From positions 1,800,001-1,832,000 of the forward strand of contig OY760660.1 of the NCBI GenBank assembly GCA_963663995.1: a DNA stretch of 32,000 nucleotides, written 5' to 3'. The notes beneath the pieces are model-generated. The model was not told the DNA's origin. It saw nothing but the letters and a program-made list of their open reading frames with translations, and made no database searches. The DNA is from Erysipelotrichaceae bacterium (GTDB lineage Bacteria; Bacillota_I; Bacilli_A; Erysipelotrichales; Erysipelotrichaceae). This document shows positions 1-9,074 of this stretch, piece after piece. The position numbers were made by a program, and so were the translations under genes. Numbering within the stretch: the stretch's first letter is position 1; the number at the start of each line of letters is the position of its first letter.

Positions 1-1
1 A

Positions 2-616
2 AAACAGCAGTTACTAAGCGCACTTGGTGCAACTATTGTGAATACAGAAGCACTTAAAGGAATGGAAGGTGCGATAGAAGAAGCTAATCGTCTTAGAGAA
101 TTAATTCCAAATAGTTTAAGTATTAATCAATTCAGTAATCCCGAAAACCCTAAAGCACACTATCTAACAACAAGTCCAGAGATATTTAAAGATTTAGATG
201 GAAATATTAACTATTTTGTGTCAGGGGCTGGATCAGGCGGAACATTTAGTGGAATAATGCGATATTTTAAAGAACGAAATTCTAGAATAAAAGGAATTCT
301 CGCGGACCCATTAGGTTCAATCATCGGCGGTGGCGAACATTCTGATTATCGAATCGAGGGAATTGGAAATGGGTTCATACCAGATACAATGAATGTAGAT
401 TATATAGATGAAGTTATAAAAGTTACAGATGATCAAGCATATAGTATGGTTAAAGACATCGCATTAAAAACTGGTTTATTTGTTGGGAGCTCATCAGGCG
501 CAAATCTTGTGGCAGCGATTCAGTTAGCAAATAATATAGAATCAGGAAATATCGTAACCGTTTTCTTTGATCGAGGTGAACGCTACTTATCTCAAAATAT
601 TTATACTAAGGAGTAA
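2..616 (+). CDS. Cysteine synthase / O-acetylserine sulfhydrylase family PLP enzyme (CysK/MccA-like), C-terminal part; 5' end lies upstream of the window
   Basis: The frame is open from nt 2 (KQQLLSALGATIV...). It has the SGAGSGGTFSGI glycine loop typical of fold-type II PLP enzymes and a GSSSGAN...DRGERYLS C-terminus typical of CysK. The ORF-track GTG at 38 is only an internal codon. Confidence 0.85.
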   Translation, partial: KQQLLSALGATIVNTEALKGMEGAIEEANRLRELIPNSLSINQFSNPENPKAHYLTTSPEIFKDLDGNINYFVSGAGSGGTFSGIMRYFKERNSRIKGILADPLGSIIGGGEHSDYRIEGIGNGFIPDTMNVDYIDEVIKVTDDQAYSMVKDIALKTGLFVGSSSGANLVAAIQLANNIESGNIVTVFFDRGERYLSQNIYTKE

Positions 617-623
617 AGGAAAT

Positions 624-1103
624 ATGGAAAAAATAGATAGTTTTAAAGTTAATCATCTTAATTTATTGCCAGGAATTTATATATCAAGAACTGATAGAGT
701 TGCGGATCAGGTTTTAATAACCTATGACATACGTGTGACGCAACCTAATGATCAACCCGTTTTAAATACAGCAGAAATTCATACAATTGAACATCTGGCC
801 GCAACTTTTTTAAGAAATCATTTATCATTCAAAGAAAGAGTTATCTATTTTGGACCAATGGGTTGTCGAACAGGGTTTTATCTTATTTTGAAGGGTGAAG
901 ATAACTATCTTGTTATAAAAAATCTTATTATTGAAATGTTTGAGTTTATATCAAATTTCGAAGATGAAATACCTGGCGCAACAGCTCATAATTGCGGAAA
1001 TTATCTTGATCATAACTTGCCTTTGGCAAAATATGTGTCTAAAGAATACAGAAATTATTTAAATGCACAATTAAAAGATACATTTGAATATCATTATAAT
1101 TAA
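624..1103 (+). CDS. luxS: S-ribosylhomocysteine lyase LuxS
   Basis: HTIEHL (HxxEH) and GPMGCRTGFY metal-site motifs, and a typical length of about 159 aa. ATG 624 follows AAGGAG/AAAGGA. The ORF-track start at 567 would overlap the upstream gene. Confidence 0.92.
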   Translation: MEKIDSFKVNHLNLLPGIYISRTDRVADQVLITYDIRVTQPNDQPVLNTAEIHTIEHLAATFLRNHLSFKERVIYFGPMGCRTGFYLILKGEDNYLVIKNLIIEMFEFISNFEDEIPGATAHNCGNYLDHNLPLAKYVSKEYRNYLNAQLKDTFEYHYN

Positions 1104-1144
1104 GAAAATAAAATTCAGCTTTAAATTCTAAATATGGAGGTTTT

Positions 1145-1342
1145 ATGGAAGATAATAAACACTCTATGCATAACCACATGGAAGATCATGATCATGCAAA
1201 AATGAATCACTCGATGCATGATCATGCGGAGGGTGTTTTATACAATCAAGGTATATTAATTTCGCCAGCTTTAGGAGCAGTATTCATGTCTTTATGCACA
1301 ATTATCGTTGCGATAAACGCAAGAATGTTAAAAATAGACTAA
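1145..1342 (+). CDS. His-rich small membrane protein: His-rich N-terminus joined to a helix resembling the last TM of P1B-type ATPases (CopB-like remnant or mini-protein)
   Basis: GGAGG RBS 4 nt upstream. The N-terminus is HSMHNHMEDHDHAKMNHSMHDH. The C-terminus GILISPALGAVFMSLCTIIVAINARMLK aligns with the C-terminus of the window's own CopA ([28 protein letters not shown]). Confidence 0.6.
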   Translation: MEDNKHSMHNHMEDHDHAKMNHSMHDHAEGVLYNQGILISPALGAVFMSLCTIIVAINARMLKID

Positions 1343-1541
1343 TATATAATTCTAATACACGCAAAAATAAGCTAGTTAGAGTATTTTTTTATGAAATATT
1401 AATTATTCATCAAAATGATGAGCAAAAGACATACTTTTGTAACATTTAGATGTCATGATACCAATGTCAGAACAAATGACAGAAAGTATAAATATAATAA
1501 GAAATAAATTTAATTGTTATTTCTTAATAAGAGGAATCGTT

Positions 1542-1811
1542 ATGATGGGAGGATTTGGTGGGTTTAATGGTTATCAAACATTAGGTGGTTATGGAATGAT
1601 GGGTAGCTTTGGTTGGTTTGGAATTTGTGTAATGATATTAATTGGTATATTAGTAATTATTGGAATCGTATTTCTTATCAGAAGTTTAGTTAATCATTCG
1701 AATAGAGTAAATTTTTCAAGTTCAGATAGAAGTATTGAAATACTTAAAGAAAGACTTGCTAAAGGCGAAATTACTAAAGAAGAATACGAAACAATAAAGA
1801 AAAGTTTATAA
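1542..1811 (+). CDS. SHOCT-domain membrane protein with a Gly/Met/Phe-rich N-terminal tail
   Basis: AAGAGGA RBS before ATG 1542. Architecture: MMGGFGGFNGYQTLGGYGMMGSFGWFG tail, one TM, then C-terminal ILKERLAKGEITKEEYETIKKSL (SHOCT signature). The ORF-track start at 1455 has no RBS. Confidence 0.8.
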   Translation: MMGGFGGFNGYQTLGGYGMMGSFGWFGICVMILIGILVIIGIVFLIRSLVNHSNRVNFSSSDRSIEILKERLAKGEITKEEYETIKKSL

Positions 1812-1826
1812 ACATAAAGGCGAACA

Positions 1827-2603
1827 ATGAAAAAAATATTAACATCAGTATTCGTATTTCTATTTATTATGACAACAGTTATTGGAGTTAATGCTCAAGA
1901 AGTTGAGATGCGCTCTATTGATAGCATCGTAAGTGAAATTAGAACGAATCTTCAGTTAGATTCAAATGCATCGGTTGATCCAAGTCTAGTAAAAGTTGAA
2001 TTACTTGAAGAATTAGGTGATTCTGTCATGGAAGCAACTATTGGAAATTCAGTAATACATGAGCGTATGGATGAGTATTTAGGTGGCGAAGGTTCTGATT
2101 CTTTATCAAACTTACACATTCAATTAGGCGAAGATTATTTAAATGGTTATCCGATTACAATGATGTCATTTATGAATTATGGTTCTAGTGAACAATTAAA
2201 TACAAGCGGATATTATGGTGGCATGATTGGAAGGCATAATTTTAATGGGTCAACTGGAATGATGAGTTCTTACTATGATTATAGTGATCAATTAAATACA
2301 AATGGATATTATGGTGGGATGATGGGAAGAATTAAATCAAATGAAATTCAAACTAATTATGCATCTACAAATCCAACAAATGGATATTATGGAATGATGA
2401 ACAACTTTAGTTCAGGAGGAATGATTATGGGTATGTTAGTTTTCTTAGTCTTGATAATTGGGTTATTTTACTTATTAACTTCGAATAATAGAAACCAAGT
2501 GTTTCCAACAAGCAATAATGCGATGAGTATCTTGAAAGAAAGATATGCTCGTGGTGAAATTACACGAGAAGAGTTTATACAAATATCAAGTACGATTAAA
2601 TAA
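1827..2603 (+). CDS. Secreted/membrane-anchored SHOCT-domain protein with GYYGGM(I/M)GR repeats
   Basis: Signal peptide (KKILTSVFVFLFIMTTVIGVNAQ), then a Met/Gly/Tyr-rich ectodomain with a repeated QLNT(S/N)GYYGGM(I/M)GR unit. This is followed by one TM and a C-terminal ILKERYARGEITREEFIQI SHOCT motif. Confidence 0.8.
   Translation: MKKILTSVFVFLFIMTTVIGVNAQEVEMRSIDSIVSEIRTNLQLDSNASVDPSLVKVELLEELGDSVMEATIGNSVIHERMDEYLGGEGSDSLSNLHIQLGEDYLNGYPITMMSFMNYGSSEQLNTSGYYGGMIGRHNFNGSTGMMSSYYDYSDQLNTNGYYGGMMGRIKSNEIQTNYASTNPTNGYYGMMNNFSSGGMIMGMLVFLVLIIGLFYLLTSNNRNQVFPTSNNAMSILKERYARGEITREEFIQISSTIK
2193..2330 (+). repeat. Intragenic 42-nt duplicated unit (2193-2234 and 2289-2330, about 37/42 identical) encoding QLNTxGYYGGMxGR
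   Basis: Direct comparison of the two DNA segments. A third, degenerate NGYYGMMNN unit follows. Confidence 0.85.
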
Positions 2604-2675
2604 TAAGCGATTGTAAAAGCACTTAAATTAGTGCTCTATTAAAGAAAAAGAACAATATTAGATTAAATGTAAACG

Positions 2676-2706
2676 AAAGAGAAGGGAGAAATTTCTTCTC
2701 TTTTTC
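2676..2706 (+). terminator. Rho-independent terminator after the SHOCT genes
   Basis: AAAGAGAAG-ggagaaattt-CTTCTCTTT hairpin running into a T-tract. Confidence 0.7.
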
Positions 2707-2961
2707 AAAATAATATTAAGTGTTATCGATGATTTTATCTGAAGAAAAAATTAAGATTATAATAAATGACTCATTGCTCTAATTTATAAGTTTCAGAGTA
2801 ATTCTAATCAATCTAATTTTCAGACTATGAGTTAACAATAATCATTAATTATTACTTAAATTGAAATGATGTAATTTGAGCGAAATCGCATTTTGATTGT
2901 AAAAAATGTTAAATTACTTATATAGTATTTTTTAAACTCACCTAGTTCGAAAGGATTTAAA

Positions 2962-4224
2962 ATGAAAAAATATCAACTTATTCGATCATTTACGATATTT
3001 AGTTTTCTTGCATTCATTCTAACTGGGATTATTCTTTCAGCAATAACTTACCTACATATCAGAAATGATAAACTTGAAAACTTGTACGAAGTTTCTAGAA
3101 TGTCAGTAGATACAACTTTTCAAAATATTGATATTGATTTAAATTCTAATGATCTTTTAACAGAAAGAATAACAGAACTTATCCAAACTCAAATACGAGA
3201 CCATCTTATTTATTACGATGTACAATCTATCTCAATTTTAAACAACAATAGTGAGTTAATTATGTTAGACGACCCAGCTGTTTTGGTCAAGGATGATATC
3301 TTGATTATAGAAAAACTACTATTTGAGGATCATCTAACATTTGTGAATTCAGATTCATTCAATTCAAATGATTTAAATCAATCTACAAATGGTTTAAGTT
3401 TTAATTTGTATTTGCCCATTAATAAAAATTTTGAATCAAAATCCATTATTGTAATTAGATTTTCTGATACTACAATAACAACACATGCTAGAGAGTTGGT
3501 ATTTGTTATAGTAGGTATCATGATTGGTGGGCTATTCTTACTGTATATCTTGATGATTGGAATCATGTTTAGAACTTCAAAAACTTTAATAAGTCAAAAT
3601 GACAATCTTCAACGTCAGAATAGAGAACTTGAAACTGCATATGCAATTATTGATAAATCATACCTTAATACTGTAATAGCTGTTTCAAATGCAATAGATG
3701 CTAGAGACTCATACACTGCTGGTCATTCATCAAGAGTTTCAGAAATATCATTGGCAATCGCCCATGAAATGAAATTCACAGTCGGGGATAAAAAAACTTT
3801 AGAATATGCTTCATTATTCCATGATATTGGTAAAATTGGAATTTCAGATCTTATATTAAACAAAGCAGATAAACTCACTGAAAAAGAATTTTTTCAGATG
3901 AAAAAACATCCAGAAATAGGTGTTGAAATTTTGTTAGGAATTGAATTTCTCGAAAAGGCATTACCAATAATAAAACACCATCATGAACGCTATGATGGCA
4001 AAGGATATCCAGATGGTCTTTTGGGAGAACAAATACCAATAGGCTCTCGAATTGTTGCTATTGCTGATTCATTTGATGCAATGACTACTAATCGCCCCTA
4101 TCGAAAAGCAATGAGCGAAAACGAAGCTATCGATGAAATCACAAGAAATAGAGATACACAATTTGATAGCGAAATTGTGGATGTATTCCTTAAAGTTATC
4201 TCCTCGAACACAATGAGTAATTAA
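2962..4224 (+). CDS. Membrane-bound HD-GYP domain protein (putative c-di-GMP phosphodiesterase) with a two-TM N-terminal sensor region
   Basis: GHSSRV...HDIGKIG...HHERYDGKGYP...IADSFDAMTTNRPYR motifs. TM helices lie near aa 10-32 and 185-205. Confidence 0.88.
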   Translation: MKKYQLIRSFTIFSFLAFILTGIILSAITYLHIRNDKLENLYEVSRMSVDTTFQNIDIDLNSNDLLTERITELIQTQIRDHLIYYDVQSISILNNNSELIMLDDPAVLVKDDILIIEKLLFEDHLTFVNSDSFNSNDLNQSTNGLSFNLYLPINKNFESKSIIVIRFSDTTITTHARELVFVIVGIMIGGLFLLYILMIGIMFRTSKTLISQNDNLQRQNRELETAYAIIDKSYLNTVIAVSNAIDARDSYTAGHSSRVSEISLAIAHEMKFTVGDKKTLEYASLFHDIGKIGISDLILNKADKLTEKEFFQMKKHPEIGVEILLGIEFLEKALPIIKHHHERYDGKGYPDGLLGEQIPIGSRIVAIADSFDAMTTNRPYRKAMSENEAIDEITRNRDTQFDSEIVDVFLKVISSNTMSN

Positions 4225-4453
4225 ATTTTACTTATAAAATCTATTCCTTTTCTGGATAAGTTGTAATTTAAATCAAAAATATTCTTAAATCCTGATTACT
4301 TAAAAAAAATAAACGGATTTAAATAAATTGAAACTTGACTTCAAAAAAAAGTCGAAATTAAAAGGGTTCCTTTCATGAAAGAAAGAAAATCAGTAATAAC
4401 AAAAGATAAGTCATATAAAGGTAAAGTTCAATAAGCTGCATTAAAACAAAATT

Positions 4454-5401
4454 CTATTTATCAAGATTTGAATTTTTTATGATATCTTTTAGAAATTGTG
4501 CGGAATCTTTCAACTTATCCATTTCACTTTCTGATAATGGAATTTGAAGTATTTTACGAATTCCATCCCGACCGATAATACTTGGCATGGCCATATAAAC
4601 ATCATCGATATCGCATTCCCCATTTAGGAGACCACTCACAGTCAAGATAGACTGCTCATCATCTAATATAGCTTCGGTAATTCTACGAACAGCCAATGCA
4701 ACTGCATAATTTGTATAACCTTTTCGATTTATTATTTCATAGGCTGCATTTTTAACTTCAGAGTGAATATCATCTTTAAATTCGTCATTACAGATTTGAT
4801 CAATTGTTTGGCAGTATTCATCGATGCTCATGCCAGCAATTTTCGTTAAACTCCAAGTCGCTATCTCAGAATCACCGTGTTCACCAATGATATAGGCATG
4901 AATATTTCGTGCATCAATTTCAAATTTCTTAGATAAAATGGATTTAAATCGTGAAGTATCCAGTACTGTTCCTGATCCAATAACGCGATTTGCTGGGAAT
5001 CCTGAATATTTATAGGTAATATATGTCAATATATCGACAGGGTTTGATACGACTAAGAGGATTGAATCTGGACTATATTGAGTTAATTTTGGGACAATAT
5101 CCTTAAATATTGGAATATTCTTATTCAAAATATCCAAACGAGACTCTCCAGGTTTTGGGCCGATTCCGGCAGTTATTATTATTAGATCTGAATTTTTTGT
5201 ATCTTCTAATGTTCCTGATGTCACATTAGCTGTTTTTACAAACGCAGCTCCATGTGATAAATCCATAGCTTCTGCTTCTGCTTTTTCTTTATTAATATCT
5301 ACAAGAACGATATCGCTTGCAAGTCCTGCATCAATAATCGCGAAGGCAGATGTAGAACCGACGAAACCAGATCCTATGATAGAAATCTTATTTGTTTTCA
5401 T
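4454..5401 (-). CDS. ldh: L-lactate dehydrogenase
   Basis: [17 protein letters not shown] Rossmann motif, DLSHG, and the IGEHGDSE catalytic-His motif. ATG at 5401 has an AGGAG RBS; the ORF-track start at 5467 adds 22 unsupported residues. Confidence 0.92.
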   Translation of the reverse strand: MKTNKISIIGSGFVGSTSAFAIIDAGLASDIVLVDINKEKAEAEAMDLSHGAAFVKTANVTSGTLEDTKNSDLIIITAGIGPKPGESRLDILNKNIPIFKDIVPKLTQYSPDSILLVVSNPVDILTYITYKYSGFPANRVIGSGTVLDTSRFKSILSKKFEIDARNIHAYIIGEHGDSEIATWSLTKIAGMSIDEYCQTIDQICNDEFKDDIHSEVKNAAYEIINRKGYTNYAVALAVRRITEAILDDEQSILTVSGLLNGECDIDDVYMAMPSIIGRDGIRKILQIPLSESEMDKLKDSAQFLKDIIKNSNLDK

Positions 5402-5737
5402 GATCTTACTCCTATTTAAAGCATAGGTTATAAAAGTATTGTTATCAATCAATATGACTTGACTCAATCATTAGTAATTGTGAGCATACAAAAACTAGAT
5501 TTATTAGAATAAAGGTGAGGATACAATGTTGGATTTAAGCAAAATCATGTTCGATTTATATTTTTGTCATAAATAGAAACAGTGTTAGAATTAAATAAAC
5601 AATGATGTGTTTCATTATACTAATGATTATCTAATCAAATAACCAGTATGTAGAGTGAAATATTCATCAGGGTTCTCTGAATTTTTATGTCATATCTTAT
5701 TGAGAATAGACAATATTAATTTAAGGAGGTTCCAAAA

Positions 5738-5983
5738 ATGGGCCAAAAAGTCGTTGTTATCGGTATTCAACACAGAAGAGAAGAGGCTGAAAAGCTCCAA
5801 AAAGTGCTTACAGAACATGGTTGCGAGGTAAAGGCACGTCTTGGACTGCATGAGGCAGGTCCTTTGTGCTCAGACGAAGGCTTGATAATTCTTCAATTGA
5901 TTCCTGATCAACCGAACGCAGATTCATTCGTTGATGAATTGAACAAATTAGATGGCATCAAAGCAAAATTAGTAGAAGTTTAA
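5738..5983 (+). CDS. Small ACT/NikR-C-like protein resembling the TM1266-type putative iron-only hydrogenase system regulator
   Basis: 81 aa with an AAGGAGG RBS. The pattern VVVIGIQHRREEAEKLQKVL...ARLGL...GLIILQL...ELNKLDGIKAKLV matches my recollection of the TM1266 family. It is visibly more GC-rich than its neighbours. Confidence 0.5.
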   Translation: MGQKVVVIGIQHRREEAEKLQKVLTEHGCEVKARLGLHEAGPLCSDEGLIILQLIPDQPNADSFVDELNKLDGIKAKLVEV

Positions 5984-5999
5984 AAGCTACTTGGTTGTT

Positions 6000-6038
6000 G
6001 CAAAGAAAGTTGCTTATAGTCGGCTTTCTTTGCTTTTT
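6000..6038 (+). terminator. Rho-independent terminator
   Basis: GCAAAGAAAG-14 nt loop-CTTTCTTTGC followed by TTTTT. Confidence 0.8.
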
Positions 6039-6043
6039 ATATG

Positions 6044-6076
6044 GATAATTTCAATTTCCCCTCATCTGCTCCATAA
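6044..6076. repeat. Left copy of the 33-bp direct repeat GATAATTT-caa-TTTCCCCTCATCTGCTCCATAA
   Basis: The 22-nt core 6055-6076 is identical to 14780-14801. The flanking GATAATTT is also shared. Confidence 0.9.
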
Positions 6077-6127
6077 CAACACAAGTCCTTTATTTTAGCT
6101 TGTTTAATCCTAACAAATATATAGAAA

Positions 6128-6162
6128 CAAAAACACGCCTATTTAGAGAAGCGTGTTTTTGT
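6128..6162. terminator. Bidirectional rho-independent terminator
   Basis: AAAACACGC-12 nt loop-GCGTGTTTT, flanked by an A-run and a T-run so that it reads as a terminator on both strands. Confidence 0.7.
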
Positions 6163-6197
6163 GAATAAAAAGCTAGGTTTTATAATAATAGATTTAA

Positions 6198-6293
6198 TTA
6201 AAATCCTTTTAACATCATGTGAATGCAATCAGCCAATTCTTGACCACGTAATCCACTTGTAGTAATACAATTTACTAGTAACAATCCGAACAT
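6198..6293 (-). CDS. Candidate 31-aa small protein (MFGLLLVNCITTSGLRGQELADCIHMMLKGF)
   Basis: Not in the ORF track because it is too short. AAGGTGGTGA RBS 4 nt upstream of the ATG, and the bidirectional terminator lies 35 nt downstream. No recognisable family. Confidence 0.3.
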   Translation of the reverse strand: MFGLLLVNCITTSGLRGQELADCIHMMLKGF

Positions 6294-6579
6294 ACCATCA
6301 CCACCTTTGTTAATACATTAAATTTATAATCAAAATGTGTAGAAAATATGAAGAAATTAATTTTAATGAAAATTAAATTTCAGGGAAATTTTAACAAATA
6401 TTGAAAATTTATAGGTTATTAATGTTTAAGTTTACGCTCGGCTTCAAGCCTGTTAAAAAACACTGAATTAGTAAATTTAATCTTCATAATATCTACATAT
6501 ATGCTTGTTAATATACGTATAAGACCTAAATGAATATTGTTTAGTCTAAGAATGAATTGTGTTGACATAAGGAGGAAAT

Positions 6580-9042
6580 ATGCAACAAAGTTATAAAATT
6601 ATTGGTATGACATGTGCTGCTTGTGCACAGAAGATAGAAAAGGTTACATCTAAATTAGTCGGTGTAACATCATCAAGCGTTAATTTCGCAACAGAAAAAT
6701 TATTGTTAAATTATGATGAAACAATTTTTATTCCACAAGATATACATACAGCTGTATCAAAAGCAGGTTATGAAGTTGTAGTTGATACGATTGAAAAAGA
6801 TATCGTTATTCCAATAAGTGGAATGACATGCGCTGCATGTGCTCAAAAGATTGAAAAGACAGTAAGTCACTTGAATGGAGTAGTAACTGCATCGGTGAAT
6901 TATGCGACAGAAAAAGTCAGTGTAAAATACAATCCAAGTCAGATTCGTATTTCAGAAATAAAATCAGCTATCCTAAAAATAGGGTATACACCTTTAGAAA
7001 GTATTGGCGCGGATCGAGTTGATGAAGATAAGAAACGCAAAGAATTAGAGATTAAAATTCTATGGATTAAATTTACGATATCAACAGTATTTGCGATTCC
7101 TCTACTCTATTTAGCAATGGCACCAATGTTAAAAGTATTAAATTTACCATTGCCTGAAATGTTAGAGCCAATGATGAATCCAGAGAATTATGCCTTAGCT
7201 CAATTAGTGTTAATTGTTCCAATATTGTTAGCGGGGTATCGATTCTATATTGTTGGTTTTAGAGCTATTTGGCAGAAATCGCCAAATATGGATTCATTAA
7301 TAGCGATGGGGACATCTGCTGCTGTCATATATAGTGGTTATACAGCTTACCAAATATTTCAAGGTGATTATACAAATGTAGATAACATGTATTTTGAAAC
7401 TGCTGGAATCATTATTGCGCTTATATTGTTAGGTAAATCTTTAGAGGCTGTATCAAAGGGTAAAACATCTGAAGCAATCAAAAAATTAATCGGATTAGCT
7501 CCTAAAATAGCTCTTGTATTGCATGAAGGAAAAGAAGTCATCATTTCTGTAGATGAAGTTGAAGTTGGTGATGTAATCATCGTTAAACCAGGCGAAAAAA
7601 TACCTGTAGATGGTGAAGTTGTTGAAGGGCATACCTCTATTGATGAATCCATGTTGACAGGGGAGAGTATTCCAGTTGAGAAACGTACTGGAAATTCTGT
7701 GTATGCAGCAAGTATCAATGGCAATGGAATGATTCATTTCAAAGCAACAAAAGTAGGCTCAGATACAGCTTTAGCTCAAATTATTAAATTAGTTGAAGAT
7801 GCGCAAGGTTCTAAAGCTCCCATTGCTCAACTTGCAGATATAGTATCTGGATATTTCGTGCCAGTAGCATTTCTAATTGCTTTACTCTCTGCAATTGCTT
7901 GGTTAATTAGCGGTCAATCAATAACATTCGCATTAACTATATTTATTTCAGTATTAGTCATCGCATGTCCATGTGCATTAGGTTTAGCAACACCTACAGC
8001 AATTATGGTTGGCACTGGTAAAGGAGCAGAGAATGGCGTCTTAATTAAGAGTGGAGTTGCGTTAGAAACAGCATACAAGATTAATACAATTATCTTTGAT
8101 AAAACTGGAACTATAACTGAAGGTAAGCCGATTGTTACAGATATTGTCGCATTATCAAGTTACTCTCAGGACTATTTATTACAATTATCCGCATCAGCTG
8201 AAAAGGGCTCAGAACATCCTTTAGGAGATGCGATTGTAAAAGGTGCAATCTCAAAAGGATTAGATTTATTAAATATTGATTTATTTGAAGCAATTCCTGG
8301 GCATGGTATAAAAGTTAGTATTGATCAAAAAAATGTATTATTAGGCAATCGAAAACTAATGGATGTTAATGGTATTAGCTTAAAAGAAAGTGAATTGATT
8401 TCTGATAAATTAGCAGAAGAAGGCAAAACGCCAATGTTTATCGCGATTGATGGACAACTTGTAGGGATTATTGCCGTAGCAGATACTGTGAAGCCAAACA
8501 GTGCTAAAGCGATTAAAAAGCTCTATGAAATGGGAATTGAAGTCGCAATGATTACTGGTGACAATAGAAAAACAGCTGCTGCTATCGCTAAACAGGTTGG
8601 TATTAAAACAGTTCTAGCAGAAGTTTTACCTCAAGATAAATCATCTGAAGTTAAGAAACTTCAAGATGCTGGTCGAAAAGTCGCGATGGTAGGAGATGGA
8701 ATAAATGATGCTCCTGCATTGGCGCAAGCAGATATTGGTATTGCAATTGGTTCAGGAACAGATGTCGCAATGGAATCAGCTGATATTGTCCTAATGCGAA
8801 GTGATCTAATGGATGTACCTACAGCGCTTAAATTGAGTAAGAGTACGATTCGCAATATAAAAGAAAATCTCTTCTGGGCATTTGCATATAATATTTTAGG
8901 AATTCCCATTGCGGCTGGATTGTTGTTCATATTCGGTGGACCAATTCTAAACCCAATCTTTGCTGCAGCCGCTATGTCCTTGTCGTCGGTATCTGTATTA
9001 ACCAATGCATTAAGATTAAAATCATTTAAAGCTTATAAGTAA
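6580..9042 (+). CDS. copA: Copper-translocating P1B-type ATPase CopA with two N-terminal HMA domains
   Basis: Two GMTCAACA motifs, TGES, CPC ([11 protein letters not shown]), DKTGT, SEHPL and [18 protein letters not shown]. Confidence 0.95.
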   Translation: MQQSYKIIGMTCAACAQKIEKVTSKLVGVTSSSVNFATEKLLLNYDETIFIPQDIHTAVSKAGYEVVVDTIEKDIVIPISGMTCAACAQKIEKTVSHLNGVVTASVNYATEKVSVKYNPSQIRISEIKSAILKIGYTPLESIGADRVDEDKKRKELEIKILWIKFTISTVFAIPLLYLAMAPMLKVLNLPLPEMLEPMMNPENYALAQLVLIVPILLAGYRFYIVGFRAIWQKSPNMDSLIAMGTSAAVIYSGYTAYQIFQGDYTNVDNMYFETAGIIIALILLGKSLEAVSKGKTSEAIKKLIGLAPKIALVLHEGKEVIISVDEVEVGDVIIVKPGEKIPVDGEVVEGHTSIDESMLTGESIPVEKRTGNSVYAASINGNGMIHFKATKVGSDTALAQIIKLVEDAQGSKAPIAQLADIVSGYFVPVAFLIALLSAIAWLISGQSITFALTIFISVLVIACPCALGLATPTAIMVGTGKGAENGVLIKSGVALETAYKINTIIFDKTGTITEGKPIVTDIVALSSYSQDYLLQLSASAEKGSEHPLGDAIVKGAISKGLDLLNIDLFEAIPGHGIKVSIDQKNVLLGNRKLMDVNGISLKESELISDKLAEEGKTPMFIAIDGQLVGIIAVADTVKPNSAKAIKKLYEMGIEVAMITGDNRKTAAAIAKQVGIKTVLAEVLPQDKSSEVKKLQDAGRKVAMVGDGINDAPALAQADIGIAIGSGTDVAMESADIVLMRSDLMDVPTALKLSKSTIRNIKENLFWAFAYNILGIPIAAGLLFIFGGPILNPIFAAAAMSLSSVSVLTNALRLKSFKAYK

Positions 9043-9074
9043 GACCTTATAAGTAAGATATAGAAAGGAGATAC

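Noticed and set aside
5526-5576. A 16-codon ORF (MLDLSKIMFDLYFCHK) with a GGTGAGG RBS in the ldh / TM1266-like intergenic region, and a similar 19-codon ORF at 4375-4434.
   Set aside because: They are too short and have no conservation evidence or attenuator-like structure. They cannot be distinguished from chance ORFs without expression or comparative data.
5655-5669. Rex-like half-sites GTGAA-ata-TTCATCA between ldh and the TM1266-like gene.
   Set aside because: The spacing is one nucleotide short of the Rex consensus and the right half matches only 5 of 7. This is not good enough to call, unlike the site at 20386.
6300-6579. Search for CopY boxes (TACAnnTGTA) or GC-rich CsoR operators upstream of copA. 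AATGAAT occurs twice, 22 bp apart (6529 and 6551).
   Set aside because: No match to either operator type was found. A 7-mer repeated once in AT-rich DNA is not significant. The TTGACA at 6562 is too close to the start codon to be a -35 box.
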